Positions 41,692-51,263 of a stretch of DNA of 64,000 bases are shown piece after piece. The notes beneath the pieces are model-generated. The model was given only the letters and a program-made list of their open reading frames with translations. It was not told the DNA's origin and ran no database searches. The stretch is from a virus. Taxonomy: Duplodnaviria; Caudoviricetes. The stretch is taken from the IMG/VR virus record IMGVR_UViG_3300045973_000093, positions 2,057-66,056 of that record. One strand, written 5' to 3'. Each line of letters starts with the position of its first letter. Within the stretch, counting starts at the first letter, position 1. A program made the translations under genes and the position numbers.

Positions 41692-43542
41692 TTATTTGCT
41701 GTAGCAGGTGTCGTACCCGCCGTCAGCATTGAAGGGCATCGTCGGGCACCACGGACGCGGCGTACGCATGCACTTGAGCTGTGTGCCCATGAACTTTTCT
41801 GCGAGGCGCTCAGGTGCTGTCGTCACGACTTCATCGTGGGTCAGCATGCTGATCGCAGTCACTTCATTCTTTTTCAGCTTGATCTTTTCCAGTTCGTCAG
41901 AGATCAGCAGAGCCTGCTCGCCCACAGCAATACGTGCGATGGCCTGGACGATGTTTTCGACCACTAGCCCGCCATACACATACTTGTAGACGTCAAACGA
42001 CTTGTACTTGAACGCGCCAGACTCACTGATGTGCAGGCCGGGGTAGTTGATCGGCATCCCGTTCGGTAGCCAGATCGTGTCGCCATCGAACTCAATCACA
42101 CCACCGAAGGCTGCGCCGCTTTCGCCGCGAGCCATACGGTGCAGCATCTGCTCGGCTTCCTTCCACGCGACCGGGATCTTGTGGTTGCGCTTGCGGTACA
42201 GGTTCACGACGCGCTTGGCCTCGGTCGCTGTGATCATCATTGGTGGTCCCATCGCGCCCAGCTCCAGAGTTGTCTGGAACTTCTTAGCACCCATGCCGTA
42301 GCCAAGGCCCAGCACGGCGACCTTGCCCACAAAGCGTTCGTCCTTGGTAACTGAGTCCAGTGGCTTGCCGTAGATTGCGCTCGCCATGATTTTGTAGACG
42401 TCCTCGCCAGCCGCGAACGCGTCCAGCACGTCCTGCTGACCAGCCAGCCACGCCAGCATGCGGGCTTCGATCTGGGCGCTGTCTGACACGATCAGCACGT
42501 GGCCTTTGGGGGCTGCGATGGAGCGGCGCAGTTCAGATCCACGCGGCAGGTTCTGCAGGTTGAGCTTGTTTGTTCCACCCCAGCGTCCTGTCTTGGCCGC
42601 GTAGTAGTTGTAGCCAGCAGGCAGCTTCATGCCGTTCTCGCCCGCCTGGATCAGACGGTTCGCACGGGTCTCGACCTGTGTGCTCTTGGCCGCGAGCCGA
42701 CCTTGCGCCAGCAGCACTACGCGCTTGTCTTCGTGGTCGAGCAGCTCCAAGAACTCAGGGTCAGTCTGAGCGAACGCAAAGTTTTCATGCCCAGTCTTGA
42801 GGCTGATCTTGGTGGGCGGTTCTACCCCGAGCTTGCGCAGTTGGGCTGCGAACTTGGGGTTACTCATCAGATCTTCTTCGCTGCACTTGGACTTCATGAT
42901 CGACGCACGACGAGCAAGCATCTCTTCCTGCAGCGCCTGTTGCGCACGTGGTATGTCCACTTCGAGCTTGGAGTCGCAGAACATACGGATCGTGATGTCG
43001 ATCAGGCGCAGCTCATCCATCGGGTAGACCGCAAGCTGCTTGAGGAAGACGTTGAAGCACAGGCCCACGTCGATCTTGCAGCCGTCCATCAGGCCCTTGA
43101 GCACGTCCTTCGGTAGATCGCGTAGACCTTTGGTCGGAGTCAGGTAGGTCTCGCTCTTGGCGCCGATTCCATAGAGCTTGGCAATCGTGTCCAGCTTCGC
43201 ACGACTCAGATCAGCGTGCAGACCACGAGTCATGCTTAGCGTATCGAGATAGAAGTGCGGAACGATGCCGTGATGATGAGCCAGGATGAAGCCGTCAAAC
43301 GCGGTGTTGTGAGCCAGAAGATAGTGGGTCTTCCAGTCGATGCCCTTGAGGATCTTGATGCCCTCGGCAGCGGTGTAGCACTTGGCTGGCTTCTTGCCGA
43401 TCTTGATACCCCAGCAGTGTTCTTTGAACTGTTCATCGCGGATGTAGGACGACGTATTGAGTTCTTTCTTCGTCAGACTGAACTCGGTGGAGTAGAAGGT
43501 TTCGGCGTCGACGGTGACGACTTTGTTGATGTCAATTTTCAT
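41692..43542 (-). CDS. polA: Family A DNA polymerase with 3'-5' exonuclease
   Basis: Exo motifs VDAET, AHNTAFD; TGRW, NLQNLP, motif A DSAQIEAR, motif B RFVGKVAVLGLGYG, motif C THDE; start MKIDINK at 43542. Confidence 0.95.
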   Translation of the reverse strand: MKIDINKVVTVDAETFYSTEFSLTKKELNTSSYIRDEQFKEHCWGIKIGKKPAKCYTAAEGIKILKGIDWKTHYLLAHNTAFDGFILAHHHGIVPHFYLDTLSMTRGLHADLSRAKLDTIAKLYGIGAKSETYLTPTKGLRDLPKDVLKGLMDGCKIDVGLCFNVFLKQLAVYPMDELRLIDITIRMFCDSKLEVDIPRAQQALQEEMLARRASIMKSKCSEEDLMSNPKFAAQLRKLGVEPPTKISLKTGHENFAFAQTDPEFLELLDHEDKRVVLLAQGRLAAKSTQVETRANRLIQAGENGMKLPAGYNYYAAKTGRWGGTNKLNLQNLPRGSELRRSIAAPKGHVLIVSDSAQIEARMLAWLAGQQDVLDAFAAGEDVYKIMASAIYGKPLDSVTKDERFVGKVAVLGLGYGMGAKKFQTTLELGAMGPPMMITATEAKRVVNLYRKRNHKIPVAWKEAEQMLHRMARGESGAAFGGVIEFDGDTIWLPNGMPINYPGLHISESGAFKYKSFDVYKYVYGGLVVENIVQAIARIAVGEQALLISDELEKIKLKKNEVTAISMLTHDEVVTTAPERLAEKFMGTQLKCMRTPRPWCPTMPFNADGGYDTCYSK

Positions 43543-44111
43543 GCTGCAGCCGGGGCGGGGAGGGCAGGGAGGAAGCGTGCGAGCAGGGACTCGAACGGGA
43601 TAACGAAGTCGTTCGGTTGCGCCATGCCGAGGTGGTCGTCGATAAATCCAGCCACTTCGGGCCAAGCCTTCTTTACTGCAGCCGGTGTCTTGCCGTCGAT
43701 CTGTCTGTGTACCGAGGTCTGCAGCGCACTGATGCTCTCCAAGGTACTGGAATATGCGGGCCAGAGAGTTTTGAACTTAGCGATGAAGTCTTCGTTCTTT
43801 ATGATGAGTTCTTGCGTCACATAGAGTGCAGGATCTTCGCTGCCGTAGTCGCTGTTGCCCAGCATGAATCCAACACCGTTGTCGGGGTCGAAGTTAACCG
43901 TGCAGTGCTTACTCATCTTGATGATGTCAAGCGCGCACAGATCCTTGATGTGTTTCTTAGTCATGCCCACAGACTGCAGCGCGTCGTTGTACGCCTCCAC
44001 GGTCAACGCACGAATCACTTCCTTCTGAGGATTGAGCAGGTGCTCAAATGCTTTTTCTGCTATGCGCGTTGCGATGGCGCGAGCGTCCCAATAACCAATC
44101 TTTTTAGCCAT
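43539..44111 (-). CDS. Hypothetical protein (Nmad5-like C-terminus)
   Basis: KT...VKKAWPEV motif; lies between helicase and polymerase. Confidence 0.5.
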   Translation of the reverse strand: MAKKIGYWDARAIATRIAEKAFEHLLNPQKEVIRALTVEAYNDALQSVGMTKKHIKDLCALDIIKMSKHCTVNFDPDNGVGFMLGNSDYGSEDPALYVTQELIIKNEDFIAKFKTLWPAYSSTLESISALQTSVHRQIDGKTPAAVKKAWPEVAGFIDDHLGMAQPNDFVIPFESLLARFLPALPAPAAA

Positions 44112-44121
44112 GTCTTACTCC

Positions 44122-45495
44122 TTACAAAATGTATTTTTTGAGCATCGCCGTGAACTCGTCACTACGAAGTGCTTTTCCAGTGAGGCGTTCGTACGCAATC
44201 TCGTCGTAGGTGCCACGGGCTACGACGGTGATAGTCTCAGTGCGCTTTGTCTGACCGATACGGTAGATACGACGAAGGCCCTGCTTGTACCACTCAAGGT
44301 TGTCAGTGGGGCTGGCCCAGATCGTGCGCGTACCACGCACCCACGTCAGTCCGTGTGCGGCGCTCTTGGGGTGAGCGAAGATGACTCGGTAGGCACCCTT
44401 TTGGTAGTGTTCGGTAATTTCCTTGCGCTCTTTGTCGGATGTCTTGCCGTCGTAAACAGCAAACGACACTCCGCGTCTTTCGGCTTCTTTGACCAGCTCA
44501 GCCTTCTGATGCTCCCACTGAAAAAACACAACAGAGTGTTCGCACTCTTCAACGAGATCCAGAACATACTCATAGCGGTCAGTATCAAAACGGCTGTAGC
44601 CAGTTTCTTCGCTGTTGTAAACCGCACCCGAAGCAATTTGTAGGAGCTTGACGCGAAGCACAGCTTTATTGACAGCATTAAGAACTTTGTCCTTAACCAC
44701 CGTGACCATCTCGTCTTGCATCTGCGCATAGTGTTTCGCATGTTTGGGCTGTAGGTTCAGAGCACGCAGGTACTCGGTGTTGGGCGGCATGTCCACGCAC
44801 TCGGTAAGTAAGTGCTTGACGGTGATGTCTTTGACGAGAGCGGCGACGATGTTTGCTATCCCCGGCTTCTCGTTCCACTTCACCATGTTCGACATCGGCC
44901 CTACCTGTTCGGGAGTACACACGGCAGAACGGAAGGCAAAGAATGACTTACCAAGACGCTTCCCGTCGTCAAGGATGAGATATTGATGCCAGAGGTCAAG
45001 TACTCCGTTGGGATCAGCCAAGCCGGACATGTTTCGACGGTGCTCGAAGTGCTGTGCAATCTTGAGCATGTTCTTGGAACGCTGGCTCGTGGCGTGCTTG
45101 AACGCAGTCGACTCGTCGTTGATGAGCGTGCCGCCTTCGAACTTCTTCCAAAACGGCTTGCCCTGCTTGGCGAGCCAATTAACAGCGTCGTGGTTCGTGA
45201 TGTAGACATCTGCATCTGATGCAAATGCTTTCTCGCGGTTGTTAGCGTACGCCACTGCCACTTTGATGTCGGGGGCGTATTGAGCAAAATCATCTGCCCA
45301 CGCACTCTCCAATGTGGATCGTGTGGCGGTGACGATTGCTGGCCTGCCACCTTTAGCACGGCGTGCAGCAAAGTCTTCGATTTCAACACGGGTCTTCCCC
45401 GTTCCCGGCTCCGACTGATCGAAGAAGCGAGTCTCCTTCTTCAGCTTCGCCAGTGTCTGTTTCTGATGCTTGAATAGAGGTTTGTCTGTTTTCAT
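44122..45495 (-). CDS. SNF2-family helicase
   Basis: EPGTGKT, NDEST, LLQIASG, AHGLT, Q..RRIYRIGQ. Confidence 0.92.
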   Translation of the reverse strand: MKTDKPLFKHQKQTLAKLKKETRFFDQSEPGTGKTRVEIEDFAARRAKGGRPAIVTATRSTLESAWADDFAQYAPDIKVAVAYANNREKAFASDADVYITNHDAVNWLAKQGKPFWKKFEGGTLINDESTAFKHATSQRSKNMLKIAQHFEHRRNMSGLADPNGVLDLWHQYLILDDGKRLGKSFFAFRSAVCTPEQVGPMSNMVKWNEKPGIANIVAALVKDITVKHLLTECVDMPPNTEYLRALNLQPKHAKHYAQMQDEMVTVVKDKVLNAVNKAVLRVKLLQIASGAVYNSEETGYSRFDTDRYEYVLDLVEECEHSVVFFQWEHQKAELVKEAERRGVSFAVYDGKTSDKERKEITEHYQKGAYRVIFAHPKSAAHGLTWVRGTRTIWASPTDNLEWYKQGLRRIYRIGQTKRTETITVVARGTYDEIAYERLTGKALRSDEFTAMLKKYIL

Positions 45496-45707
45496 TTTTC
45501 AGATCGTTTATTGCTCGACGAAGTGTTAGCTCTTGTACGAGCTGGTTGCGCCTTCTGTAGTAGTTCGCCTTGCGTATAAGGATGTTGATTGCTTGTTCCA
45601 TAGGCATAACCGAGTGCTGCTAATAATGAGACGAAGCCCACGCCTGTGAGCATCCACCACAGGGCGTTAGCTACACGCTGCAGCCTTGCTCTGCGGCTGC
45701 GCTTCAT
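45492..45707 (-). CDS. Small single-TM protein
   Basis: Basic N-terminus plus hydrophobic span; ATGA-coupled. Confidence 0.5.
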   Translation of the reverse strand: MKRSRRARLQRVANALWWMLTGVGFVSLLAALGYAYGTSNQHPYTQGELLQKAQPARTRANTSSSNKRSEK

Positions 45708-45973
45708 GTGCTGAGTCCTTTCGATGGGTACTTCTTGAAGTCCATTGCGCCTGGACGGTCGTCAAACGGCCTGAGTTCTGCGCCGTCGTACGTGCCGGTG
45801 AACTCGACCACACGTGGCGGCACGATCCTCGGATCACGGTGCTTGGGCACAAACTTCTCACCCTTGCGCACTTGCTTCTGAGCCTTGTTACTCTCGTATT
45901 CAAGGCGATGCGACGGGCTATCTTTGTTTTCGCGCAGGGCCTTCGCCTTCATGCGCTCTTTCGTTGGAATCAT
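45704..45973 (-). CDS. Basic hypothetical protein
   Basis: Y.G.EL.PF..RPGAMDF..YPS motif. Confidence 0.6.
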   Translation of the reverse strand: MIPTKERMKAKALRENKDSPSHRLEYESNKAQKQVRKGEKFVPKHRDPRIVPPRVVEFTGTYDGAELRPFDDRPGAMDFKKYPSKGLST

Positions 45974-46281
45974 TCAAAATCTTTCGGGACGATGATGTTG
46001 TTCTTGCGAAGCAGTTCGATGGCCTGGATCGGCAGACTGAAGCCACCGTCGTAATCGACTAGCTCCTGCTTGCCGTCTGAGTTGGTTTCAGTCCAGATCC
46101 CGTACTCCATGAACTCTTCGATTGCAGTGAGATCCCACTCGATGTAAAAGCGAGAGTCATTTACCTTGAACAGTTCCATCGTGGTGGTGTGAGTGCCAAG
46201 CTGGACTGGAGTAGGCGTAGAGCTGAACTCACGCACGAGCGGTGACTCGAACGTGATGCTGTCAAGTTTTTGTGCGGTCAT
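45970..46281 (-). CDS. Hypothetical protein
   Basis: SD GGAGG, 103 aa. Confidence 0.6.
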   Translation of the reverse strand: MTAQKLDSITFESPLVREFSSTPTPVQLGTHTTTMELFKVNDSRFYIEWDLTAIEEFMEYGIWTETNSDGKQELVDYDGGFSLPIQAIELLRKNNIIVPKDFE

Positions 46282-46282
46282 T

Positions 46283-47191
46283 TCAACCTCCGAGGAAGTG
46301 GAGTAGCTGGGTTACAGAGATTTCGGCACCGGCAGCGTTCTTGTGCCCGCCACCACCGAAGTGCTTGGCGAGCTTGCTGACGTCATAGGCCCCGTTACTG
46401 CGGAACGAGCACTTCACAGTCAGTTCTGAGCCGATGTAATAGACCAGACCGAAGGTGCCGGTTTCTTTAGCCAGTTCGTGCCCGACGTCGCTTGCCATAT
46501 CAGGACCAGCGTTTACTGCCGCGCCCGCGTAGATACTGTCGGCGGTTGGGATAATGCAGGCACGCTTGGACTTCAGGGCGTTCTTGACGCGGTTGCTGTG
46601 GTCGTCCAGCAGTGCCTGACCTAGCTCGATAATTTCCAGGTAGGTCTCGCCGTGTTCGGCCCAGTTGAGTTTGTTTTCCCACTGATCAAATGACCACGGC
46701 TCCATAGCACGCAGGGCGCGACCAAAGGCCTTGGTGTTCGAGTTCTTGAACTGCCAGCGGTCGTAGTCATCGATGTGCATGATCAGACGCGGGACTTCAT
46801 CACCTACGAAGTGGTCCCAAGCAATACGTGCGCCGCTGCGGGAGTTGTCCAGCAGGATGTATGAGGTCGGGGTTTTGAACTCATAGAACGAGTCGTCGGC
46901 GAATGGTTTCTCTGGCACCCACATCTCAAAGGCTGTTTTGTGATGGTCGAGCCACGTGACGTGCCGTGCGCTTCCGAGGATGTAGTTCATGACTTCCAGA
47001 GGGAAGCTGAAGTCAAGAATGAACACGTCGCGGCCTTCGAGTTTGCCGAGTAGGTCGACGTCGTTGAGCGAGTTGATCTGTCCGTACTTGATAGGTATGT
47101 ACTCAGCGTTTTGTTTGAGTACTTTCCATGCGGAGAAGGCAGCACCGAAACCGTCGGTGCAGTTGGCGTGATAGAAGACGACAGCGGTCAT
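46283..47191 (-). CDS. DHH/DHHA1 phosphoesterase (NrnB-like)
   Basis: YH..C.DG, LDFS, LDHH, D.D.W, SFRS....DVS.LA..FGGGGH..AAG. Confidence 0.9.
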   Translation of the reverse strand: MTAVVFYHANCTDGFGAAFSAWKVLKQNAEYIPIKYGQINSLNDVDLLGKLEGRDVFILDFSFPLEVMNYILGSARHVTWLDHHKTAFEMWVPEKPFADDSFYEFKTPTSYILLDNSRSGARIAWDHFVGDEVPRLIMHIDDYDRWQFKNSNTKAFGRALRAMEPWSFDQWENKLNWAEHGETYLEIIELGQALLDDHSNRVKNALKSKRACIIPTADSIYAGAAVNAGPDMASDVGHELAKETGTFGLVYYIGSELTVKCSFRSNGAYDVSKLAKHFGGGGHKNAAGAEISVTQLLHFLGG

Positions 47192-47907
47192 GAGAATTTC
47201 TTTCTATATTCGGAGATGGACATGGAGGAAGTAATGCCGTGCGGGCACTGGTTGCCCTTGTTGGGTCCGTACGGGCACCACTGACAGGAGAACGCGTTGG
47301 GGTTAGGCTCGAACTGATTCTTTTCGTGAGCGCGATCAATCTTTGCTGCACGAGCTGAGAACGGTTTGATAAAGCTGATGGCGTGTTCGCGTGTGTAGTC
47401 CACAGGCGTGAGGTCATCCTTGTCCAGATACCACAGCTCGACGCGTATGCTCTTTACGGTTGGGACGCGGATCGCAGTCGCCAATGCGTAGAGCTGCACC
47501 TGTTCACCGTGCTTGATCTCGTTGCCCCATTTCTTGCCGGTCTTGTAGTCGATGACGACGGCTTCAGTGCGTTTCTTGTTGAATGCGACGGCGTCGGCCT
47601 TCATACGCAGCCATGCTTTTTTGTACTCAGCAGGTTGCCACTCAGTGTCGAAGCCCCACTCACCTTCGAGCGAGACGTTGCCTTCTTTGTATCGATCACG
47701 AAGCGCTAAGAAGTCGTCAGAGAACTTCAGAAGTTCGGTCGGCAACGATTTTGTATTACCGAGTACGAAGTTCTCAGCCATCGTGTGAATTGCTGTACCG
47801 CGATCAGCAGCTTCATGCTTCTCCTCTGGTACACGATCAATGTGCTTGAGGCGATAGCGGTATTTACACTGCTCAAAGTCGAGCAGTTTGGAGTATGACC
47901 AGCTCAT
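47188..47907 (-). CDS. Cas4/RecB-like PD-(D/E)XK exonuclease
   Basis: SYS.L..FEQC, RGT.IH, AD, IDYKTG, Q.QLYA, C-terminal C..C.........C. Confidence 0.88.
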   Translation of the reverse strand: MSWSYSKLLDFEQCKYRYRLKHIDRVPEEKHEAADRGTAIHTMAENFVLGNTKSLPTELLKFSDDFLALRDRYKEGNVSLEGEWGFDTEWQPAEYKKAWLRMKADAVAFNKKRTEAVVIDYKTGKKWGNEIKHGEQVQLYALATAIRVPTVKSIRVELWYLDKDDLTPVDYTREHAISFIKPFSARAAKIDRAHEKNQFEPNPNAFSCQWCPYGPNKGNQCPHGITSSMSISEYRKKFS

Positions 47908-47919
47908 ATTGATTCGCTA

Positions 47920-47942
47920 AGAGTTAGTTAGAGGACGTGAGA
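47920..47942 (-). promoter_or_regulatory. Phased TCT motif (3 units)
   Basis: Minus strand TCTCACGTCC-TCTAACTAAC-TCTTAGCGAA-TCAAT-ATG. Confidence 0.6.
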
Positions 47943-48052
47943 TTATCAAGGAAATGACCAAGCTCGCTATCGGGATTATCTAAAGCGCCAGCCACACCAT
48001 AGAGCAGCACTATCAGCAGTACCAGTGTCCAGGTCGTAAGTTTTTCTATCAT
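47924..48052 (-). CDS. Small TM/signal-peptide protein (not in ORF track)
   Basis: MIEKLTTWTLVLLIVLLYGVAGALDNPDSELGHFLDNLTSSN*. Confidence 0.45.
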   Translation of the reverse strand: MIEKLTTWTLVLLIVLLYGVAGALDNPDSELGHFLDNLTSSN

Positions 48053-48423
48053 GTCCGTGCTCCTAATCCTGCCCAGATTGATTTGGTTGTGCCTCGGCGC
48101 ACTCGCGCTTTGGTTGAGATGATCGCCGCTCTGCGTTTGTTGTAACGCTGGTTGATCACCTTGCGGGAGATCTGTTCAGGTTCTGGCACGTCTGGACCTT
48201 CACCTAGTGCATAGAACGGAGTACTTCGTCCTCCAGTGCCTACTTGTCTCTCATAGCGACTGATGTAGACTTTCTTGCGATTTCGTAAGAGTCTGAGTGA
48301 GCCGCGAATAGAACAGGGTGTGCGGTTCGTCATCCTGGCCAGATCTACTGTGGACGCAGAACCGAGGTCGTCTACGAGCTGCAGTACTGCGTCTGCCATT
48401 GCTCTGGAGTACGAGCGGTTCAT
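48049..48423 (-). CDS. Putative winged-helix transcription regulator
   Basis: AVLQLVDDLGSASTVDLARMTNRTPCSIRGSLRLLR...VYISRYER; basic C-terminus. Confidence 0.6.
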   Translation of the reverse strand: MNRSYSRAMADAVLQLVDDLGSASTVDLARMTNRTPCSIRGSLRLLRNRKKVYISRYERQVGTGGRSTPFYALGEGPDVPEPEQISRKVINQRYNKRRAAIISTKARVRRGTTKSIWAGLGART

Positions 48424-48544
48424 TCGTCCTCCAGCTCGAAATAAACGATCTTGATCCACTGGCCGTGGTCCCAGCCGTCTAGAGTCTTTTTGAACTCCCA
48501 GGTCTTGTACTCTTCGTCGTACTTGATGTATCCGGTCTTAGCTT

Positions 48545-48805
48545 TCATCCTTGCTCTCCTGAAAACTGAACGTGGATGTGGATGCTTGGTGCGTCAAGCG
48601 ACATAGTGTCTTGCTTCTGCATGTAGTTGAACACCGCAAACTTCGCCAGTGAGTTCACCGTCTTTTCTGCCAAGCGCTTGATGTCGGGCTCGATGGATTC
48701 GCGCAGGGACTTCTCGACTTGTTTGAGAAGCTCTGACTTCATGTTATCCCTGATCATCCGCATTGCCCTGTCTAGCGGGATGACTGATGTTGTATTGACG
48801 CTCAT
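48545..48805 (-). CDS. Hypothetical protein
   Basis: SD GGAGG, 86 aa. Confidence 0.55.
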   Translation of the reverse strand: MSVNTTSVIPLDRAMRMIRDNMKSELLKQVEKSLRESIEPDIKRLAEKTVNSLAKFAVFNYMQKQDTMSLDAPSIHIHVQFSGEQG

Positions 48806-48820
48806 CTCTGTGCCTCCAAC

Positions 48821-49573
48821 TTAATAGTTTCTGGTGTGCTTATCCGTCAGCGGCTTGCGCCCCGCATAAGCATCACTCAGGTACTCCACATGGGCAATCG
48901 CATCTTCGTGCGTCATGCTCTCACTACCACCGTCCGTAGCTTGGCGCAGTTCTTCGTACCACTTGCTGTAGGGTTGCAGGGCGTTCATCCGTATGGTGTG
49001 CAGTTCGCGCAGATCGGTCATGTGCTTGCTCAGACGGTCGTTCTCTGCTTCCAACTCTGTGATGCGCTGATTCCGCACATCTACACGATGATTGGCAGAT
49101 TCGACGCCAGCAGTGCGCTCTTTCAACAACAATTCAACCTGCGCTTCCAACTCTGCGATGCGCTTTGTTTGTACGTAGTAACCATACTTTTCCAGTACAC
49201 GCTCAACTACGTCAGCGGCAGGCGTAACAAAGTCCTTGCGTAGCACTTCGTTAGTTGCTTCCAACTCTGCGATGCGCTCACCAGCAACCCGCACTGCTTC
49301 AAGCGTCTTATTTGTTTCCTCCTCCGCACCCTGTAACCGTGCTGCTGCAAGCTGGGTGGCGGTGTAGAGTGGAATGCAGTTTGGTTTCTGTGAGAACGAC
49401 AGGGCCTCCATATCACCAAGACCTACGTGGCGCTTTGTGTAGCTGTACGCCACAGGCTCCATGTCCACACCCACAAGCTGCTGCATGTGCCACTCGACTG
49501 CGCGTTGGGCTGTTTGGGTATACCCACTGCCTTCTTTTATCCACTGCTCAATAAGTTCTTTTGGGATGTTCAT
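48821..49573 (-). CDS. Ead/Ea22-like mosaic protein
   Basis: EPVAY...PLY motif; RI(A/T)ELEA three times; RKPLTD end. Confidence 0.6.
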   Translation of the reverse strand: MNIPKELIEQWIKEGSGYTQTAQRAVEWHMQQLVGVDMEPVAYSYTKRHVGLGDMEALSFSQKPNCIPLYTATQLAAARLQGAEEETNKTLEAVRVAGERIAELEATNEVLRKDFVTPAADVVERVLEKYGYYVQTKRIAELEAQVELLLKERTAGVESANHRVDVRNQRITELEAENDRLSKHMTDLRELHTIRMNALQPYSKWYEELRQATDGGSESMTHEDAIAHVEYLSDAYAGRKPLTDKHTRNY

Positions 49574-49749
49574 TTCGACGCCTCCAACAAATCCTGTTTA
49601 AGAATCTCAAGCACACCAAGCGTTGCCGCCAGAGACACACGACCTGAGTAGCTATACACAACTTTCTCCAGTTCATCACGCATGAGTTGGAGTTCTGTAT
49701 ATGGGTTAGCCCACGCACCTTTAAGTGGGGTGACGATGTTTTCGTTCAT
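49570..49749 (-). CDS. Hypothetical protein (not in ORF track)
   Basis: [11 protein letters not shown]...LGVLEILKQDLLEASK*; ATGA-coupled on both sides. Confidence 0.55.
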   Translation of the reverse strand: MNENIVTPLKGAWANPYTELQLMRDELEKVVYSYSGRVSLAATLGVLEILKQDLLEASK

Positions 49750-49985
49750 GCTTGTTTCTCCTTGAGCGAGCGAATTTCAGTTGCTAACCGTGACCCGGGA
49801 GTAGCATTCCACTGGTCACACACCTTCGCAGCCTCTTCCAACGCACTATCACGCGACTGTGCAATCAGTTTGCGTACTGTGTCTGCGGTGTATCCATCAA
49901 CGTACTCAACCAATCGCCCGAGGCCATCTGGATACGGGCCACAATCAACTTCAATTTCGCCATCTGGCTCTGGTAGTTCAGTCAT
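49746..49985 (-). CDS. Hypothetical phage protein
   Basis: LPEP...YTAD....ALEEAAKVC....A.EIR.LK. Confidence 0.65.
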   Translation of the reverse strand: MTELPEPDGEIEVDCGPYPDGLGRLVEYVDGYTADTVRKLIAQSRDSALEEAAKVCDQWNATPGSRLATEIRSLKEKQA

Positions 49986-50590
49986 TCTGTGTCTCCAAAA
50001 ATAGCAGCATGTGCTTCGATCATCAACACAGCCATTGCGTACTCTTTACCGTGGTCCGTATCACTGTGGGTTTTCTCAACCGCTACTATGAATTCATCCA
50101 AGAACCCAGTGAAGCAACCCGCTTTAATTACGATTCCTTTATCGGTAATGAATGACACTAAGTAGTCATAGCGTGAACCGATTGGACCGCACTGGAAGAA
50201 TGGTCGCTTACCGACAAGCTTTCCTAACTTTTCACCCAAGTTCGCGCCACGCAAGTTCGCGCCACGCAAGTCCGCGCCACGCAAGTTCACGCCATACAAG
50301 TTCGCGCCACCCAAGTTCGCGCCACGCAAGTTCGCGCCATACAAGTCCGCGCCACGCAAGTTCGCGCCACGCAAGTCCGCGCCATACAAGTCCGCGCCAC
50401 GCAAGTTCGCGCCACCCAAGTCCGCGCCATACAAGTCCGCGCCACGCAAGTTCGCGCCACCCAAGTCCGCGCCACGCAAGTTCTCCCTGCTAAAAGTTGC
50501 TTTCTCAAGCATCTGACGCGTTGTCATTCCTGCTTCGCCTTCAAACATTACTGCGCGTGTGTAACCATGTCTAATTTGTGGATTAGTCAT
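49982..50590 (-). CDS. Pentapeptide-repeat protein
   Basis: 17 A(D/N)L(R/Y/G)G units; C-terminal GPIGSR...AGCF.G.L.EF...V..TH domain. Confidence 0.9.
   Translation of the reverse strand: MTNPQIRHGYTRAVMFEGEAGMTTRQMLEKATFSRENLRGADLGGANLRGADLYGADLGGANLRGADLYGADLRGANLRGADLYGANLRGANLGGANLYGVNLRGADLRGANLRGANLGEKLGKLVGKRPFFQCGPIGSRYDYLVSFITDKGIVIKAGCFTGFLDEFIVAVEKTHSDTDHGKEYAMAVLMIEAHAAIFGDTE
50231..50485 (-). repeat. 15-bp tandem coding repeat, about 17 copies
   Basis: CAAGT(T/C)CGCGCCA(CG/TA/CC) units on + strand. Confidence 0.95.
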
Positions 50591-50727
50591 TCTGTTTCTC
50601 CTTATTGATCAGTTCGACCATCTCCACCCTGAATCGCTCAATGTATAGAGGCTCTCCGTTCTCCAAAGCGCAAATTGCAGCGTATGCTAGGCGCTCAAAT
50701 AACACCAAGATTTCGACGGTGTTCATT

Positions 50728-51084
50728 TCAAAGTCCTTCATCTGCGAGTGCCTCGCTTAGGATTAACAGGAACAGCGCCTTCACATTGCCGGAAGACATG
50801 GCGTACTCAAGCTGCTGTTCTTTCGTGTCACAGCAAACGTTAAAGCCGAGGTGTGGTGGCAAAAGCATGTTGTCCGGGTAGCCAGTGATCCACGGTGTCT
50901 CTGCCATAAGACGTACCGACGTACTGATAGGCCCGTACTGTAAGTGAGCGTCATCGGGGTGGATGCGGTAGTCGTGGCTATGCCGTTTACTAAAGTCTTG
51001 TGTGTTCCACCAAAACTCATGGATGTTTTTTCCAAGCACTTGAATCCGCGCACCACGCGCTGCTGCAAAAAGTAGGCGGCTCAT
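50728..51084 (-). CDS. Hypothetical protein
   Basis: AAARGARIQ...DYRIHP; ATGA-coupled. Confidence 0.6.
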   Translation of the reverse strand: MSRLLFAAARGARIQVLGKNIHEFWWNTQDFSKRHSHDYRIHPDDAHLQYGPISTSVRLMAETPWITGYPDNMLLPPHLGFNVCCDTKEQQLEYAMSSGNVKALFLLILSEALADEGL

Positions 51085-51263
51085 TTCTTCGCTCCAATCA
51101 CTGCGAGGTCAGTTGCATACGCATCACGCCAACGGCCATCAATCCATGCAGGGAGGCCATAACAGTCGGGTGGTCCATCCCCGTCCTCCCACACTTGCAG
51201 CACCAAGTAGTGTCGGCGGTTGAACCACCAGCCTTCGCAAACCATGCGGTGTCGTGTTTTCAT
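51081..51263 (-). CDS. Hypothetical protein
   Basis: LVLQV....W...WRDA...DL. Confidence 0.55.
   Translation of the reverse strand: MKTRHRMVCEGWWFNRRHYLVLQVWEDGDGPPDCYGLPAWIDGRWRDAYATDLAVIGAKK

Noticed and set aside
50231-50485. CRISPR array
   Set aside because: Contiguous 15-bp units with no spacers, in frame within a pentapeptide-repeat ORF; the Cas4-like gene is a stand-alone phage nuclease
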